This document shows positions 58,642 through 64,000 of a stretch of 64,000 nucleotides of DNA, piece by piece (positions within the stretch are counted from its first letter, which is position 1; every line of letters starts with the position of its first letter). Source of the stretch: Eledone cirrhosa (lineage: Eukaryota); assembly GCA_964016885.1 (NCBI GenBank), contig OZ024754.1, positions 2,046,001-2,110,000 on the forward strand, written 5' to 3'. Under the pieces are notes generated by a model. It saw nothing but the letters and a program-made list of their open reading frames with translations. It was not told the origin of the DNA and ran no database searches. Position numbers and translations under genes: made by a program.

Positions 58642-60012
58642 AATCATCATGTCACGGATTCGGTAAAGGTGATATATGAAGAGGTGATTAATCATATCTA
58701 CAGATTCAATGGTTGCAGAGAAGATCTGTCACTGTCCTGTCACAACAACTGTAACAGAATATAATGCCTATACATAGACCCAAGTGTAACTCGTTCTGAC
58801 ATGACTACTGTTATGTCTCACTACTAACAGGAAGCACGAAACGTACCACCAAATAATTGCTGCTCACAAGTTCTACATAGCTGCATGTATATTTGATAGA
58901 TCATTCTGTGGACTAACAATAGTGATACCAATTTAGAAATAGACACTGCATCGACTACATTGCTGTCACAAGGTCTAACATACAGTGTTATGAACACTTC
59001 AATACAACATTTGACTATACTATGACAAAATATATATTTCTTCATTTTGTCTCCGTGTTCCAATTTGCATTTTCCATTCAATCAATGTTATACAATTTTT
59101 CTTTAATATATTTTCGAAGACTCCAACAACATATTCTTCATTTTATTCCATCTCACACGCTAAGATTTCCTGCATAATTAACAAATAATTATTTTGATTT
59201 ATCACTTTACACATTACAAAATCCATTAGATTGGTGAATGTTTTGTTTTATATGTTTCCATTTTAATTTCTACTTTCTTTTGCCTTTATTTTTTCCATAC
59301 ATTTTGGCAAATAAAAAGTTAATACTTTTTCATCAAGCTTTCCATTCCAATTAAAACCTACACACACACTTTTAGTCTCTGCTATTTTAATAGAACTAAA
59401 TGTGTCTGACAGATAACAGAAAGCACTTTATATTGGAGATTTAGATGGACAAATAAAAATTACATGGTTGATATCATTATTATCATTATTTTCTTTTATA
59501 AGAAATAGCAATGAACGTCTTATTTTAATTACTATGATTGAGCAGATGTGAATGCATGACATAGAAGTAAACTCCCAAAGAATATAATCTGCTCGAAGGT
59601 TTCGATACTGTATAGATGGTCTTGTTAATTTACTTGGAGGATGTAAATTCTAAAATAAAATTTTAAAATATATTATGAAATTTCATCTACTCTCATAACG
59701 TTTCCTAGATTAATTTCTCAGTGAAATGGTAAATTGTTTAACGAAGCCTCCGCTGAATATCTCTCATTTCAATTACCTACGAATGAAATCCTTCATTAAA
59801 TTTAATGCCGTAAAGTCACAGAAACTGAATTTACCATTAAAACGCCTTATCTTATCGACAACAAATTATGGAGATTCAATTATGGGACTAAATTTGTTCA
59901 GGCATACATGGATATATTTCACTAGTACAAACCTATGTCAAAGCTACACAAAATAATTGAGGCTACAAAAATCTGCGCATATGAGAAACAGGAGAGAATT
60001 ACTATACATTTG

Positions 60013-60066
60013 TAAAGGTCCTTGCGGTTCCTAACAGACTAAAGGTCCTTGCGGTTCCTAACAGAC
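60013..60066. repeat. 2 x 27-bp perfect tandem duplication
   Basis: taaaggtccttgcggttcctaacagac occurs twice. Confidence 0.9.
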
Positions 60067-61653
60067 TAGCAAATGTAAGAATTTACATTATCAAACCCAA
60101 GAAAATATATAGATTTAAGATAAAGACAGTTCATTTCATGCGGTATGATATTAACCAGTGGCTCTTGGTATTATCCTTGAAAAGGGTTAAGTATCTGTCA
60201 TGAAATCTCCGTAGTGTAGCTTTAAAATACATATTTCTATCGGCTATATAGAATAAGGACATGTTGCACTTGATGTGACACTACAAATACAATTTCGATG
60301 AAATTTGAACCTCAATGTAAAGATTCGAGCCAAATACTACAGGCATTTTGTTCAAAGCTCTAACGGTTCTGCCAATATGTCACCTTCAAGTTACAAGTTT
60401 ATATTGTTTATCCACAGAATGATCTATTTTAATTCTTTAAAATAATATTATATCCAGCAATTTATTTTCTTAGTAATCTATAATATTCTTATGTATTTGA
60501 ATCCGTTTCTTTTTGTTAAGGTTTTAGTTTTTGATATAGTTTGTGTGGCTCTGGTTAATCATTTATTAATAGTATTCTTTGCTTATGATAAATTATGACT
60601 GTAATATTTATAACATGTGTTAGAGCTACATTCAGGTTTACTTCTTGAATGATTTTAGTTTTAATATCTATTAGCTTAGCAAAATAAACGATCAATAACA
60701 TATTAATCAGACACACAAACATGTGAATTAAAGAAGTAATGATGCATAGGAAAGTATGCAGAACATTAAACAAAGAAATTCTGAAATAATATTAATTTAA
60801 ATGTCAAAATATCTGAAGATTTAAACTCGGAATGCTATGTTGTTATAGACCGTGGAGAGGCAATGATAATAAAATAAAATATACACATAAAGGAGCAGCA
60901 ATAAATAAGAAACGTGGTCAAATATAGACATAACGAAATGAAATGAAAACATTGATTTTACGGGCATAAAACAAATGGTAGCACCCAAATTACAAGCAAA
61001 GATATCTAGATATTTAAAGATATATCTTCTAACAGTGTTAGAATAATCACATGTTAGTCAAATAAAAAGGAACAGGTAAAAAACAAGAAAAAATACAACG
61101 CAGTCCTTAACCAATAAATCAATAATTACAAAAAACCCATAAAAGTGTAAAAATTAAAGGAATAAGTAAGGCTATAGAAATATACGTAGGTTATAATATC
61201 AAAAAGTATTTCAAAGAAAAATAGATGATCAAGAGGGGTGTAAGATTCATGGTAATAAGAGAACTTATTGAAAGAACAAATCTGTTCTTTGAGAAATACA
61301 AAGTCTGACCTTCAGTTGAAATTATGCTTTAGCCGGAGAAGGAAGCCCACTACCTGTGAACCTTTATAATTTCAGGTCTTTTGAGAGTGATGAAGGGAAT
61401 TGGGTATATCATTGTCACACCAGACCTGTCGCCAATGTTTGTAATAGACTGAACTTTACTAAAGACTCATGAGGATTAGATGGTGGTGGTAAACTCCGTG
61501 AAGGACTTAGCTTGTTTTTATCGTTGCACCGAATTAAACTCGAGTTAAACGTCGGTTGAGATACACTTTATCCAGGTGATTACCAGTTGTATTGAAATAA
61601 TGGTATGTCCACAATAATGGTATGTGACATAAAGGCAGAAGAAATAGACTGAT

Positions 61654-61689
<36 letters not shown>

Positions 61690-61747
61690 GTATACATATA
61701 TATATATACATAGAGAGATATATATATGTATACATATATATATATAC

Positions 61748-61788
<41 letters not shown>

Positions 61789-62137
61789 TATGTGTGTGTG
61801 TTTATGTATGTCATTGTATTTATTTATGTATTTATTTGGTACAAATGAATGAATCTTAGGTGACTAATCAAGTTTTCTTTCCAAAGTTTGCCAAAGTGCT
61901 TTTTACGATTTTTGGAAAGATACAATCATGATTAGGTTTGTAAAAATGATTGTTTTTTAAATGAACTCAACCATCCCCTATTTACATATTGAGCACTTCG
62001 AGTGAATTTCCTTGTCACATATCGTGTTTCTACAGAAATGTAGAAGATGTATATTCACACACACACACACAAACAAACAAGCACACACAGTGTAATACAC
62101 GCACATACACGTACACATACACACAAGCACACCCACA

Positions 62138-62239
<102 letters not shown>

Positions 62240-62254
62240 CATACACACAGACAC

Positions 62255-62286
<32 letters not shown>

Positions 62287-62290
<4 letters not shown>

Positions 62291-62377
62291 ATAATAATAA
62301 ATTTGAAGACTAAAATCCAAAGATCCCGTTAAGGGTGAAAGCAGCGATTCTTTGCTTAAACTTTAATCTATTATTTA

Positions 62378-62383
<6 letters not shown>
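62287..62383. mobile_element. Family B internally deleted fold-back copy
   Basis: Minus-strand tail end (gtaataataataaatttgaagactaaaatcca) joined through aaga to the plus-strand short arm (gatcccgttaagggtgaaagc...aataaa). Confidence 0.7.
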
Positions 62384-62444
<61 letters not shown>

Positions 62445-62892
62445 CTTGTGTGTGTGTATGGGTGTACGTGCGTGCGCTTGTGTATATCTGTGTGCGTGTG
62501 TGCCACTAACACAATCAATTAGCGTCACACACACACACACAAATTCACATCAATCCAATACTATCCTCCAACTGAAGCACATATTAACCCCAATAACCAG
62601 ACGTAGAGATCACAAGATAAAATACAATTCAGACATTTCTTGATATTCCAAAACTCTTGGAGAACAACACCGAAGCTGCAGCAATTCCATATATGGAGGT
62701 GACGGACTTCATGAAGATGTAAACATAGTATTACATTGTTTCTGGAATATTCTACAGCTTCTACTTCGCCGTCTCTTAATTGACATTGTACCCAGAAATA
62801 TTCAATATGGCCACAGGAAATATGTGTGTGAGCATATGTAAATGTCTGTTTGATTGTCTGTTTTTCAGTCTATATGTATGTATCTATGTATG

Positions 62893-62923
<31 letters not shown>

Positions 62924-63162
62924 CAGCTCAGATCTATGCAGGTTTAGCTGGCCTCCTCCAAGGTATATATCGTTGGAGGTGTCTTGGGTGATTTAATGAT
63001 AGGGACCCCAGTCCTATCATCTCATTTCTACAGCTGAGTAAACTGGAACAACGTGAAATAAAGTGTCTTGCTCAAGGAAACAACACATCACGGAGTCCGA
63101 GAATTGAACTCACAACCTTTCGATTGCAAGGCCAATGCTCCAACCACTAAGCCATGCGCCTT
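62924..63162 (-). mobile_element. SINE family 2
   Basis: Close reverse complement of 3471-3710; decayed relatives at ~14375-14570 and ~15105-15230. Confidence 0.85.
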
Positions 63163-63673
63163 CACATGCATGTATGTATGTATGTATGTATGTATGTATG
63201 TATGTATGTATGTATGTATGTATGATTGCAAAAATGTGTTGATATAGATGTCTGTGTAAGTGTTGTATGTATGAATGAATGTATGATTGCACATATATAT
63301 GTATATGATTGCTTATAGATGGACATTGTTGATTTGTAACATCATGTCAGGCTTCTGGAAGATTGTCAGGCTCTAACCACGTGGTTCAATAATTATTGCT
63401 CATGGGAATATATAGCAGACTAAAATATATCCGGAACCAGGCGCAGGTCCAGAGGAAGTTGACCATTCTGAGAGGGGGAACTGACTAAGCGAATTTCGTT
63501 GAAATCTACGGTAGCTAATGGTCAACTTCCTCTGGCCAGCGCCTGCGAAGACCGGTGGTGGTGAATTGGTACTCACAGGGGAACGGATGAAGAACCCAAC
63601 AGCACACACTTCGTCCGTTCCCATGTCGATTCAATTTGGATTGCCTCGGAAACATAACCTTATTATGTAACAA

Positions 63674-63747
63674 GCTGTCTGACGATGTCGCGACACTGGC
63701 ACACAGAACAGTGTGGACACTGTCGCCATTGAAATATATATCACAGC
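63674..63747 (+). ncRNA. Type I hammerhead ribozyme with extended stem II
   Basis: Stem I GCUGU/ACAGC is perfect; CUGACGA 63679-63685; stem II GCGACA..CACAC/GUGUG..UGUCGC with an irregular base; GAAA 63731-63734; UAUAUA; AUC triplet with cleavage predicted after 63742. Confidence 0.75.
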
Positions 63748-63793
63748 ATTATTATTAAAAGACTTGAACATCTGAAACTACTTCGCTTTTCCT

Positions 63794-63834
<41 letters not shown>

Positions 63835-63836
<2 letters not shown>

Positions 63837-64000
63837 AGTCGGGACCCTGACGGCTGAACTCTTGCCGAACAGCTAGTTTCAAACTGGATCTAGCTGTTTA
63901 AATAGCAAGAGCTCAGCCGTTGGTGTACCGACTCATTATAACAGAACCATACGCTACTACGCCAAGTATCCAGTACTCTGTCGAGTAATAGTCTAACCAG
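63835..64000 (+). mobile_element. Family A diverged fold-back mini-element (runs off window)
   Basis: gagtcgggaccctgacggctga...tcagccgttggtgtaccgactc plus start of tail (ctactac..aagtatccagtactctg). Confidence 0.65.

Overview
AT-rich, microsatellite-saturated eukaryotic non-coding DNA. The (TA)n/(CA)n/(GA)n/(TACA)n load and the tRNA-derived SINE families look like a coleoid cephalopod (Octopus-like) genome, which is an inference. No credible long protein-coding ORF is present: nearly all listed ORFs are translated simple repeats, and only a few possible short host exons on + were seen. Main contents: (1) about 13 copies of one ~185-bp tRNA-derived SINE and several of a second; (2) RTE-type LINE remnants, including an internally deleted copy with a C2H2 finger and a possible decayed HDV-like ribozyme; (3) an 11-bp minisatellite grown inside a SINE, a 6x100-bp array, a 3x chimeric repeat and a 1.25-kb tandem duplication. 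The most notable signal is a set of at least 6-8 short non-coding element families that sit almost always inside (TA)n tracts. Most are built as fold-back palindromes (short arm plus long arm with a tail), and several carry minimal type I hammerhead ribozymes (CUGANGA...GAAA, palindromic loop III, NUH) or their 3' halves. Complete cores are at 797-873(-), 2066-2142, 41903-41979, 45294-45354, 57312-57419 and 63674-63747, with compensatory changes between copies. This fits microsatellite-targeting Penelope-like pLTR remnants or retrozymes. All folds were derived by eye and none was computed.
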